From NCBI RefSeq assembly GCF_016433145.1, contig NC_058134.1:286810073-286872948 (forward strand): a stretch of 62,876 nucleotides of DNA, written 5' to 3'. A program made the translations under genes and the position numbers. The notes beneath the pieces were generated by a model. It did no database searches and was not told the DNA's origin. It worked only from the letters and a program-made list of their open reading frames with translations. Source of the DNA: Gracilinanus agilis. Lineage: Eukaryota. Of this stretch, positions 38,101-49,297 are shown in pieces (within the stretch, counting starts at the first letter, position 1; each line of letters opens with the position of its first letter).

Positions 38101-40100
38101 CTCAGCCCTGACGCCTCTGCTGACACACAAATCCTATGGGGAGGGGAGAAGGGGGAAGAGAGAAAATACCATTTCTTCCCCCCAGAGACCACCATAAAGG
38201 CCTTTATGTCTAATGCAGAATGGAGAAGATTTGGGGGTGGGTAGGAGGGGAAAGGACCACTTGGGGTTGGGGAAAGGACTTTGAGAACGAGGACAAACAG
38301 AAATGGTTTCAATTGCATTAGACTAAGTTGCATTGATATTTTTTTATTTTTACCCCAAAAAGGAGTGGGGGGCCTTTTTTCTTCCCTGGGCCTCCCCGCT
38401 TGGGTTCCAATAGGATCCACCGCTAGGTAAAGGAACAAGAAAGAGATCTGGAGCTGGGCCGCCCCTCCCCCACCGTGTCCCGAAGACCCAAACCCCTGGG
38501 GGGGAAGGTGCAGGGAGTGAAAGGTTGGGGAGGCTGAGAAAGGAGTTCTTGAAGCTGAATTGAAGGAGACCTGTGACGATACCAATCTGCCAGGTCTTAG
38601 CAACTCTCCAGAATTCCTGGTAAACAAATCTAGGTGCCCTCAATAGTTAAGCTTTGGAAATTAGTGCTTTTATGGGCAAACACGCAGGCTAGCATAATCA
38701 TGAGCACACCAGTATATAGAAAAGTCCCAGTTTTACCAATCCAGAGATTTGGAACATCGAGGGATGTCATATATCATATCTCAACACATTCATGGGAATG
38801 GACATTTGGAAGAAATTAAGCCTCTGTGTTATGAAACCATATGTGTTAGGTTAAAGACTATACAACATGCCATTAGCACCAATTATTACCAATATTCAAA
38901 GTACCTCTGGCTGGCTTGGCAAGTCCCCCTCCCCAATCCTTTGAGCCCCTCCAGCCAGCCAGCCGGCCTGTCCCCTTTCAGGAGGCTTCAAATATCCGAA
39001 TTCGGGGACAGAGACGACGCCACCTTGGACTTCCTGACCGAAAGACCGACAGCTAAAGACTCACAGATGTTCAGATCCAAACCCCCGAAATCCCCACTGC
39101 GAAGCTCCCACGTTATCCCCAGGCCCCGAGCCCGCTATGGCCGGGCCTCTGACCCTGGCTTGGGCCGGCCCAGGCCAGCCCGGAACAGAGAGGCGTGTTC
39201 GAACAGAGAGGCTCCCTGAGGCGCTGGGAAGCTTTCTGTTCCGCTCTCCGGCCCTCTGGCCCTAGCTGGGAGCCGACGCAGCAGGATTTTCTCCTGTGCA
39301 TCCATAAAACGATCAGTTTTCGCCCGGAGGAACAGGGGAGATTGTTTGATTATTGGGGAAGGAGGGGAAACGGGGGTGGGGCTGGGAGGAAACGACTTAA
39401 ATTTTCCGAAGGAAAACGGCTTTTCATTTAATTTCTTAATTTTTGTTTCCATCCAATGCTACCCCCGCCTGAATCATACGGAATCCCCTCCCCCTCCCGA
39501 GCCCATCTCCTCCTTTTCCCGCACCTCCATTTCCCCCCTCCCTCGGCTCTCTGTTCTATCCTAGAAGACAGGGGAAACCGGGTGGAGAAGAGGGGGTGGG
39601 AAGCTCCCCCATCAGCTGACTTGCACCCAGCCACCAGTCTCTCCTCTAATTGCCAATTAACTTGGACCAGCCGGCTCTGTGCATTTCGCTTCCTGCTTGG
39701 GAGGAGAGCCGAGCACCCGCAATGCGCATGTGCATCCTTCCAGCTTACTCACTTAACTGAGGGGGGCGCTGAAAAGTTTGTTTGGGGTTAAGGGGAGGAG
39801 GGGTTGGCTTGCTTGTTTGTTTCCTAATTAATAAATGAAGTTTTCCTCCCCTTTGCTCTGGAGTTTGAGTCTCTATTACCCTTTCTTTCTAGCTCCATTA
39901 GTCCACGAAGCATAAGTATATGAACAGACTATTCAAAACCAGGGGGGTAGGCCCCGTCAGCTCCCACCTCATTATAACGCGGGCCTGACCAGCAAATTGT
40001 AAGACCATCTCCTTAACTCTCCAACACATTAGACATCAGCAGAGATGGTGACATCACAATACATACTTTCCCCTCCCTACCCATAACTCTAATTTAACCC

Positions 40101-40139
<39 letters not shown>

Positions 40140-40388
40140 TCCCTCCCTCCCTCCCTCCCACCCTTCCCTCTCCCACCCCTCTCTTCGATCTCTCCCCATC
40201 TTCCTCCCTCCTCCCCACTTCTCCCTCTCTCTTCTCTCCCACACACTTTCCCTCCCCACTTTTGCCCACTAAACCAACCAGCCCCCTGTTCCTCTTTATC
40301 AAGAGAATCTAGTGATATCCTCATCCTTAAACAGTCACCCAGCTACGGATCATTAGTTACACATTTGAACCAATAAGGAAACACTTAC

Positions 40389-40916
40389 CCAGCGTTGCTG
40401 CCACTCTCCCTTTCTCTCTCTGCCTCTCTCTCTCCCTGTCTCTCTCCCTCTCTCTCTTTCTCGTCTTCCCTCTCATTCTGTGCCGCTGCTGAGAGTCTGT
40501 CTCAGCTCCCGAGAATATTAAAAAAAAATTGTCCTAATAATAATAATAAAAAGAAGCCTAATAAAATCAGGGAGAGTTGCCAGGAAGGGAGGGGAGGGGG
40601 CAGAGGCATTGGCATTTTGCAGTTTACAACTCCTTCTCTCCCTGGCTTCTCCATGCCCCTGGGGGGAAGGGGGTGTAGGAAGGGGGGCAGAGAGGTACCG
40701 GTAGCTCCTGCCTCTCCCACACACACACCACCCTACCCTACCCCCCCCTCCCCAGATGCCCCCAGATTCTGGCAACTCCACCTGGGAGGAAAAAAGGGGG
40801 GAGGGGAGAAAATAATGAATAATCAGGCTAATAAAAGAAATACTATTAATAAGGGGGAGCGCCCAGTTCTGGTTTCACTGGCAATGGTTAGGCTCTTAAA
40901 GGGAGGACTCTTCTGC
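40389..40916 (-). other. Shared non-coding first exon of the HOXC6/HOXC5/HOXC4 transcription unit (5' end in the N-run 40917-41104)
   Basis: The minus strand begins GCAGAAGAGTCCTCCCTTTAAGAGCCTAACCATTGCCAG and ends GAGCTGAGACAG...GCAGCGGCACAGAATGAG...GGCAGCAACGCTGG|GTAAGT. This resembles the common 5' exon of human HOXC4 variant 1 and HOXC6 variant 2 as recalled. It has a strong donor at 40388 and lies about 12.6 kb upstream of the HOXC6 ATG. Confidence 0.85.
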
Positions 40917-43900
40917 NNNNNNNNNNNNNNNNNNNNNNNNNNNNNNNNNNNNNNNNNNNNNNNNNNNNNNNNNNNNNNNNNNNNNNNNNNNNNNNNNNNN
41001 NNNNNNNNNNNNNNNNNNNNNNNNNNNNNNNNNNNNNNNNNNNNNNNNNNNNNNNNNNNNNNNNNNNNNNNNNNNNNNNNNNNNNNNNNNNNNNNNNNNN
41101 NNNNTGTTTACCCAGTTCTCTCCAAGAGGGAGCATCCCCCAGCCCCCCACCACACCCTCACCCACCTCCCACTCCCCAGAGTCGACAGAGGGGGATGAGC
41201 AAGAGGGAGAAACTGGGGAAAGGAGAGAAGGAGGACACGAGAAGGATGGGCTCTAAGGGTCATATTCTTCCTCCGCCAAAGGAATATTTTTAAAGACAAA
41301 TGAGGAAGTTCTTTATTTTAAAAGATGAGCAGAATAAGCTGACTGGAAATATAGTAAATTCACAAGCACATACAAGAGAAAATGGGAGGGACTCTCTCCT
41401 TCCTATCTCCCTCGTTTCTTCCCAGAGGAAGCTAGATGACACCCCCTATGGTTAGGGTACAGTCCCTTCACGGTATCCACTGGCAGGATCCAAGGGAAAT
41501 ACCACCACCCAACAAATAGGCACACACACATCCAGAAAAAGTTCCCTCCTCACTTATCCAGAAATTAGAGGTTAATGGTTTGGTTCTCCTCCACCCCATT
41601 ACTGCCCACCCCTTAGCCCTTCCGACTCCTTGATCTAGATCTATTCCTCCCAGTTACAGACCCTCGAAGAAGACTCCGAAAAGTACTTGAGAGGCCCTAA
41701 GATCATATAGTGGGAAATTGGGGAAGGAGGTTGGAGAAGAAACTACCAAAGCATCCCCAAATTTTTGAAAGCCTCGAATAATCCTTCCATCGCTCTCTCT
41801 TTTTCTCTACCCGCCTCCTCGCCACCCAAACTGCAATTCTTCCATATTATCACTGATCTATCACTGATCTGAGGCTTTACTCTCTTCCCGAAGCCACGGA
41901 CCTTCTTCTTCCCCAGATCTCATTCTCATCTCTATTTCTTTTCTTTTCTTTTCTTTCTTTTTCGTTCTTCCTTTCTTTCTTTTTTTCTTTTTAACGCTCC
42001 GCTCTCACCAATAAAACCCAACTTGTCCATTTCCCATCCCAATCTTGGAGATTATTCGAAAGGCCTGGCATCCCGTCTGTCCTTTATTGCCTCTATCACT
42101 AAAAATTTTCTGCCCTTCGCTATTTAAAGGAAACCTAACCTAAGGCCTAGCTCTTGAAAAAAATGTATCCCTTTTTCACTCCAATTCTTGTCACTCATTA
42201 CAAAGTGAATTTCACAACGCTATTTCCCTATTTAAAGAAAAAGGGGGAAAGTTCTCTGTAATCTCTCATCATCCTACCTATACAGTATCTTCCCCGCTCA
42301 GGGAAAGCGGAGATTCCCGCGCCCCCCCCCCCTTATTTTGCCTAGTCTTGGCTACTTTGGGCGACCTTCCCATTAATATCCACCCTGATTTCCCCTTGTC
42401 TCTTTAGTAAAAAGAGGGTTCCTGTTTCTCCCCGAGCGCAGGGGGCTGCCTCCCCAAACTCCTCTCCTAGTAGGCGACCAGCCCTTTCAGCCGGATACAG
42501 TACCTTGTTCACTTTACAGACCTACCCATAAATTTTATAACAGGTAGTTAAAAGTTACGAGGAGGAAGCGGCCAGCCCAGCTTCTCACAATAGACAGAGC
42601 GAAGAATGGGGGAGCACTGCCTGGAGCTCACCGGAAATTTCGCTCCTCAATTCAGAGCACAACCTGTCCCTTTGCCTCTCTCTCTTTTAGGGGGTGGGGG
42701 TGGAGAGAACCTGTCCCAGACGGGCAAAGATTAAGTGCATGAAAATCCCCACGATGGTTATCTGAGAGAGAATCACAGACCAGGGGAGCCCCAGTCTCTC
42801 TGGTGCAAATGTGAAGACCGACCCCAGAGATCGAAATTCTGCAGCTCCACATCTCTAACGTTCTCCCCTCCCCCAACCCACCTCCATCACCACCCCGACT
42901 TCATCCCCTTCTCACCCACCCCGCCAAATCCCCACATTTACTCCCCATGTAATTTCCTCCCTGAGTGGGGCGAGAGAGACCGAGAAACCAGGGGGAGCGT
43001 TTTCTAAAAAAGCAAGAGAAACGAATTTCCCCCCAACTTAATAGCTACATTATCTTGTCTCAGCAGCGGAGATTAGAATAATAAATTCAGGGCGAAATGA
43101 ACAAGATGCTACAACTCAGCATTTTGAAAGATACTATTTTTCACAAATCACAAATAGCTCTCCGAAGCAAATTTGATTGGCTAATAAAAAAGTAAAGGAT
43201 GAGGGAGAGTCTTTTCTCCAGGCGGCGGAATGGTCCCCATTCCGGTAATACGGCAGCAATGAGTGTTTGCGAGACAGCGCTCTAAAGACAGCGAGCGCAC
43301 TGCGCTCCCAATTACTTTCCCCCCATAAAACTGGATCTGATTTCTCTTCACTCCTTAGAAGAAAGTGGGGAGAGGTGGATAGGAGGGGGGCTGAAGAGAA
43401 GTGTTTTCTAGGTTGCAGCCTGAGAGTTAATGCTTATTCCCAGGGGCCCCCTGGAAAAGATGCCGTGGACCAGGCACCCTAGGGGTTTTCTGCCTTCCCA
43501 AGTCACTCTCTAGGAGCCAGTTTGGGCCTGGGCCGACGAAGTAACTGTAGAATGGATTGGAAAAGAAAAAGTCGTTCCTAGAGACCGTGGGAGCAAGGGC
43601 CGAGCCCATTTAATGCCGTCCTTTTTTCCCCCCCTTAACTTCGTTGTGGGTGCTTAACATTTTAAATTATCCTTATCGTTAATAAACAAATAAATTAATA
43701 AATAAAATTGACCAAATATCCAGTCTCTCCCCCCAGCCTTTTGGAAAAAGGGACTTTGGGAGAGGATTCCAGCGTAGGTTAGAGAAATGGGCATTTTCCT
43801 AACCTCTGAGAGAAGCACTCGAAAGCAAGAGGAGCTGATACCTGGCTCGGTGCGTACATGGGTCCAAGAGAGGAAGGAGGACATGAGTGGGGTTTTCGAG

Positions 43901-44212
43901 AGATGTGCGATTTGGTTCAATACCTCTCTGCTAACTTCCCATAACCAAGACGTGTCTCCTTATTTCCAAATTACCAAATCTTGGTGCTAATACCACCACT
44001 GCCCCCAAATAAAGAAATAAAAAAGCAAACAAAAACAATAACAATAGTTAAGAAAACCTTTCGAAAATGAATCCCAAAACCTTCAACCGAGCAAAGAGCT
44101 TTGCGCACCAAACCAGAAACCAGGGAGGGTCCTCGACAGAAACTGTGATGAGAAATTTGTCCCGAGCTTAGATAGGTGAAATGATTGACCAACTTGGGGG
44201 GTGGGGAGGAAA

Positions 44213-44390
44213 GAAGGAAGGAAGGAAGGAAGGAAGGAAGGAAGGAAGGAAGGAAGGAAGGAAGGAAGGAAGGTGAGAGGAGTTGTAAAGGAGGGAGAGG
44301 AGGAAAGGAGGAAGGGAGGGAAGGAGAGAAAGAAGGCAGAGGAGGGAAAGGAGGGAAGAAGGGAAGAAGGAAAAACAAAGAGAAAACCAT
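44213..44390. repeat. (GAAG)n repeat followed by a polypurine tract
   Basis: Read directly. Confidence 0.92.
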
Positions 44391-45605
44391 TCCAAGACTT
44401 AGAAATATTTCAGTGTTTGGGGTCTGGTTTCTAAAGCCAGGAGGTCTAGACTCCCTTGCCCCTGAGTACCAGCTGAGTCAGACTAGTTGTATCTCTGGAA
44501 TTTGGAATTGTTTGACCAGAAGTCTATAGTTATAAACAGAAATCTTAGTCCAAGACCCCTGAGGGTCCTTCCTTCCTTTGCTTCTTTTTCTTGACTTGGT
44601 CCTGTTTCCCCTTTATGTTCAGAGAATTGAGAGAGGCAGAAAATTTGTCCCAAATACCATGAAGCCAGCTCAGGAATGGAACTGAAAGCTCATGACAGAT
44701 ATCTGAGCACAGATTTAGACATCCTCACCAAGGTTAGATCTTCAAGAAACTAGCATTAGACTAGGGGCAGGGCTTGGCTACCCAATTGCCAAGGTGAAGC
44801 CATGGAAGGGGGTTATGATTAAACAACTCCAGAGATTATGTGACTCATTCTTGCTCATTATCTTGCCTTAGACTCTCACTAACCTTCAATTTAGACAATT
44901 CTTCCCCCATCCAACTCTGCCCCCCCCCCATCTCACATCCCCTTTATAGAATCAAGATTGCTTCTGTACCAAAGATTTTTTCTGAAAGAACAAACCACAC
45001 AGAAACTATCCTTTCTCCCTACAGATGCCAGAGTTATATCTGAGAGAATCTGGGGAAGAGATGTTATGGGAAGTACTCAAAGGTTCTCAAAAGCACTTAA
45101 TTTTCCTCTTTCTGCACTCCCATCCCTTTAATAACTTGCCCTTAACCCACTTAGGAAAGAGAAAAATCAAACATGTTTAAGAGGGACTTTTTGTCTGGTT
45201 TGGGAGTAGATGGGAGAGATGGAAGCTAGAGAGTAGAGGGGTTGAGGAATACGAGACAAGGCCCAAGGAACTAGCTTCTAACTCGGACAGTGAATAAACC
45301 TATGCTCCAGGAAGATATACCAGGTTGACTTATTTCCCCACTCCCTATAGGGTCCCCTTATCCTATGATGCACCTCTTTTCATCTACCCTCTTTAGATTT
45401 AGCTGAGATCCCTGGCTCTCAGTTCTGCTTAATTTGACACTTATTCCAGCCATAAGCCATACCCAAGAAGAACTTCCAGCTGTCTGCAGAAAAAAGAGAA
45501 AGTGTACAGGATGGAAAGAAGAGAGAACATAAGAGAGGGGACAAAGAAGAGAAGGAAACTCATTCTGGGCTCCAATCTTTGTTTTTCTCCTTGTTTGTTT
45601 TTGTT

Positions 45606-45611
45606 TTTATT
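45606..45611 (-). terminator. Probable HOXC8 polyadenylation signal AATAAA
   Basis: Plus strand TTTATT about 1.43 kb downstream of the stop and downstream of all four miR-196 sites. Confidence 0.6.
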
Positions 45612-45870
45612 ATGTTTCACGTATACAATACAAAGTACTTGGACCAGAAACAGGGCTGTGGCCACACAAAATCTACATTCATAGCTCGACATAAAGACGA
45701 ATGACCAGAAATTATTATTATAGATATATTTTTTTATCTTTTTTTCCTTTTCTTTCGAGCACGTTGCATAAACAGATAGTTCAAGACAGATAACTATACA
45801 TTCAGTGCAATTTAGTTCCTACTCTACTGGGTATCAAAGCACAATAAAGGAACACACAGTACTGGTGAGC

Positions 45871-45891
45871 TAGGCAGTTTTAGTTGTTGGG
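45871..45891 (-). promoter_or_regulatory. Extended miR-196 target site in the HOXC8 3'UTR
   Basis: The mRNA-sense sequence CCCAACAACTAAAACTGCCTA is near-complementary to miR-196a (UAGGUAGUUUCAUGUUGUUGGG), with a G:U wobble in the seed as in the known Hox8 sites. Confidence 0.92.
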
Positions 45892-45970
45892 CACCTTCTT
45901 CATAAAATAAGCAGCGACAAACGACAACAAAACCGCAATACGAATACTCTCAAAGCAGGGCTTCCTTCTA

Positions 45971-45978
45971 TAGGTAGT
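45971..45978 (-). promoter_or_regulatory. miR-196 8mer seed site in the HOXC8 3'UTR
   Basis: Plus strand TAGGTAGT corresponds to ACTACCTA on the mRNA. Confidence 0.8.
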
Positions 45979-46112
45979 AATACAATACGCTGGAGGCTTA
46001 TAACGGTTTTTTTTTTCTTTTTTCTTTTTCCCCTTTTTTTCCCCCCTCCCTCCTGGGATGGGGATTTTTTTCCTTTTTTTTTTTTTCCTTCAAGATTATT
46101 GCAGGTTCCCTT

Positions 46113-46120
46113 TAGGTAGT
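46113..46120 (-). promoter_or_regulatory. miR-196 8mer seed site in the HOXC8 3'UTR
   Basis: Plus strand TAGGTAGT corresponds to ACTACCTA on the mRNA. Confidence 0.8.
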
Positions 46121-46657
46121 ACATTAAAGATTTATTATTATCATTATTATCATCATTATTATTATTATTACTTCAGAGAGCTAACACATATAGGGGCTGG
46201 GGGAAGCTGGACACAGAGCTGCTGCCTCTTTGGACAACATAAACCACAGAGCACTGGCTGGGAGACTGACCGTGGCCTGACTGGAAGGAACTCTGTAGAG
46301 GGAGGCTACATAATGATCTCTGCTTCCTAGGGGTGTGGGGCAGCAGAAAGTCAGGTCTCCCTAAGGTTCCAGGAAAAGCCAAGGGAGTCATTCTAAGTAG
46401 AGACCCTTCCCCTCCCTCAAAAGGAACAATGAATTGGGGGTGGGGGTCTAATAATATAACCACAGCACAGAAGAAAAAGCAAGGAACCCCCTCTCCTTCT
46501 CTTCCCTTAGCTCTTTCAGAGCCTGGTGGGGGGAGGACTCCCCAATAAAAATAAATACCAAAAAGGCAGTGAGGTGGGACTGCAGTTTATATCCAAAGGG
46601 AGAGCAGAGAAGGAGAGGAACAGATCTGAAATACTAGGGGAAGAGAGAGGCTGGAGG

Positions 46658-46660
<3 letters not shown>

Positions 46661-46706
<46 letters not shown>
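46661..46706. repeat. (GT)n microsatellite in the HOXC8 3'UTR
   Basis: Read directly. Confidence 0.95.
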
Positions 46707-46708
<2 letters not shown>

Positions 46709-46907
46709 GTTATATGTGTGTGTGTGTTTGTAGGGGTGGTGGGGAGCTTGTTGAGGCATGAGCCAAAACTTTTCTATGTGTCTAGATTCCTTCTCCCGCC
46801 TCCACCCAGCACCATCCCAGCACCCTCATCTCCCCTCCCCAGCCCCCAAAAATATAAAGCTAGGGGGAAGTCCAATGATCGTAAAACCAGAGTTACAAGT
46901 ATTTGAC

Positions 46908-46914
46908 AGGTAGT
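46908..46914 (-). promoter_or_regulatory. miR-196 7mer-m8 site in the proximal HOXC8 3'UTR
   Basis: Plus strand CAGGTAGTTACAGTTGTG contains the seed match AGGTAGT plus some 3' pairing. Confidence 0.75.
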
Positions 46915-47042
46915 TACAGTTGTGAGTCTCATTCTATTCTCTATAAAAGCGAATGACAGTCGTAAACTTCTCAATTTATCCTCTACCATAAAACGAAACT
47001 TCAAGGGAGTTGCTAAAAGAAAAAAAAAATCTTTCCCCCCTT

Positions 47043-47335
47043 TCAGTCCTTGTTCTCCTCTTTTTCTTCCTCTTCTTTCTCCTCTTCCTCGTTCCCTTCT
47101 TCTTCTGTTTTCTCCTCATCTCGGGCTCCAGGAAGTTTATCCTTGTTGTTCTCCTTTTTCCACTTCATCCTACGGTTCTGGAACCAAATCTTCACTTGCC
47201 TTTCAGTCAGTCCCAGAGCGTGAGAGACCTCAATCCGTCGCTTTCGTGTCAAATATGGATTAAAGAGAAACTCCTTTTCTAGTTCCAAGGTCTGATACCG
47301 GCTGTAAGTTTGTCGTCCGCTGCGCCGCCCGGGAG
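47043..47335 (-). CDS. HOXC8: Homeobox C8, coding exon 2 (homeodomain plus acidic tail, 293 nt)
   Basis: The acceptor reads TTCAG|CT CCC. The exon encodes [70 protein letters not shown]...ENKD*. 436+293=729 nt, i.e. 242 aa. Confidence 0.99.
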
Positions 47336-48861
47336 CTGAACAGAACAAAACCCCAAACCTGTTATTCTAGGAGTCGGGAGGGAGGGGGGATGGGTGTCTC
47401 CCTTGCTTTCAAAAGGTTCCCCCTCTTATCCTCTCAGCTGCTTTCCCTCTACTTGAAAAGGAAATGGGGAAAAAAGCTGCTAGGAAAAAGGGAAGTTTGG
47501 GGTTTTGTTTTGTTTTGTTTTGGTCTCGTTTGGTTTGACTTCCCTTTTACTTGGAAGGCGGAGACGGAGGTGGGGAGTAGGGCCAGGGGGCACCGAGTAT
47601 ATGATAACTGGGGCTTTTAGGAGAAAGGGAGACGGGGCAAGTTTCTCTCCACCACCACTACTACCTCCAAGCTCTCTCCCTTGAAGCTTTGTTGTTTGTT
47701 CTATGTTAGCTTTTGGAGGGGAGGACTGGGGAGATAATCATCCCCAAAAGAAAGGAAGCCAGAGGGCTAAAAAGGGGAAGTGAGAGGGGAATGGCAAGGT
47801 TTGTGTATCACTCTCTCTACCTTCTTCCTCTCTCTCCCTAATGCTTTTCCAATAAGAAAAATAATTGATCTACTAAAATGTATTATGGCTTGAAATTATT
47901 GCTAACTAGAGACCAGCAGATCAGTCACAGGCTCTGCCTGTCAATAACTTTTCTATCTCTCTTTTCCCCCTTTGCTTCGAAATGGGATAATGAGACCCAC
48001 CCTGTTTAGAACTAAAATCTTGAGATAACTTTGAGGGTCATTCTACAGCTATTTCTTGTCGGAAGGAGAATACAGTGCTCCTCACCATTGCGGGTGGGTG
48101 ACGGAACAAATACAGGGAACTAGGAGCTGCACAGATTCCCTGCTTGTGTATTTAGTGAGATGGAGACATGCCCTGAAGGTGGAATTTGTATGTGGACACC
48201 CCTTTCTCCCTTCTTTTTCTGCCTATTGCATTAAGTTGAGCAAAGTTAGGAGAAGTCGCTTTTGTAGACCCTTTTGAGAGGGGGAGAAGGGGAACTCAGT
48301 AAGTCCAAATCCTGACCATTGGGATCTCCTTTGCTCTTCTGGGATGGCTGGGGGCGGGGGCGGTGTTGGAAGGATACTTCTCTTTACCTCCTTCCCCAGA
48401 CAACACTGTGGGTCCCCCTGTCTCTCCGGTCCTGAGTTGGGCCCTAAGCGGTTTAGAGAGCTAGGGCTTCTGAATGCTAATAACCTCCTGGGAGCTCAGT
48501 CCCTTTACACTTTGCCCTAAAACCAACTTTTATTTTATAGATTGGTAGGGGGAGGGATTTTTTTTAACCCTTTTCACCCAGACACCACCTCCCCCACTCC
48601 TCCCCTTTCTATCCTTCCCCAAACCCTCCCAGGCAAACCCCCTCTGCTCTCAGGCCCAAAGAGAAACAACGAATACCCACCCAAACAAATGGGGCGGAGT
48701 GGGGGGGGAGGGAAAAGGGTTTAGAGGAAGACCCAAAACCGGGAGAAAAAAGGAATGCGAACAAAAAGAAAGTGGGGGGGGGGGTGAGAGGGGGAAGACC
48801 CAGAAAGAGACAGAGATAGACAGAGAGAGGGACAGAGAGGGGAAGAGAAAAGACTTCTCAC

Positions 48862-49297
48862 CGTGGGGTCTCATCCATGGAAACATGAGACTGGGAGACG
48901 AGTTTTGATTTAGGTGCCCTTGTCCTTCNNNNNNNNNNNNNNNNNNNNNNNNNNNNNNNNNNNNNNNNNNNNNNNNNNNNNNNNNNNNNNNNNNNNNNNN
49001 NNNNNNNNNNNNNNNNNNNNNNNNNNNNNNNNNNNNNNNNNNNNNNNNNNNNNNNNNNNNNNNNNNNNACGGGTTCTGCTGGTAACCGGAGTTGGAGATG
49101 CTTGAAGTCCCGTGGTGGAAGAAGTCTTGGACGTGGTGCGAGGCGTGCTGGAAGCTGGGCGCCGTGCTGCCCGGGCCGTATACTAAGGCATGGCTCCTAC
49201 CCACACTTTGAGGGAACCGGCAGTCGTAATACGCCGGTTCCAAGGACTCACCGCCTTTGTATTTGGAGAACAGGGGGTTGACAAAGTAGGAGCTCAT
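48862..49297 (-). CDS. HOXC8: Homeobox C8, coding exon 1 (436 nt, 140 nt of it N)
   Basis: Translates as MSSYFVNPLFSKYKGGESLEPAYYDCRFPQ...[N]...EGQGHLNQNSSPSLMFPWMRPH with the hexapeptide FPWM. The donor reads CAC G|GTGAG. Confidence 0.98.

Noticed and set aside
37986-39219. 213-aa and 156-aa minus-strand ORFs
   Set aside because: No domain-like composition or splice context; they lie in the intron of the shared-exon transcript.
39756-39771. ACTGAGGGGGGCGCTG and other partial CTCF-like strings (20755-20770, 25470-25485, 42435-42450)
   Set aside because: They match only the 3' half of the core, with too many mismatches at invariant positions.
45871-45891. Plus-strand TAGGCAGTTTTAGTTGTTGGG as a miR-196 gene
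   Set aside because: There is no complementary hairpin arm nearby; it is the antisense view of the target site in the HOXC8 3'UTR.
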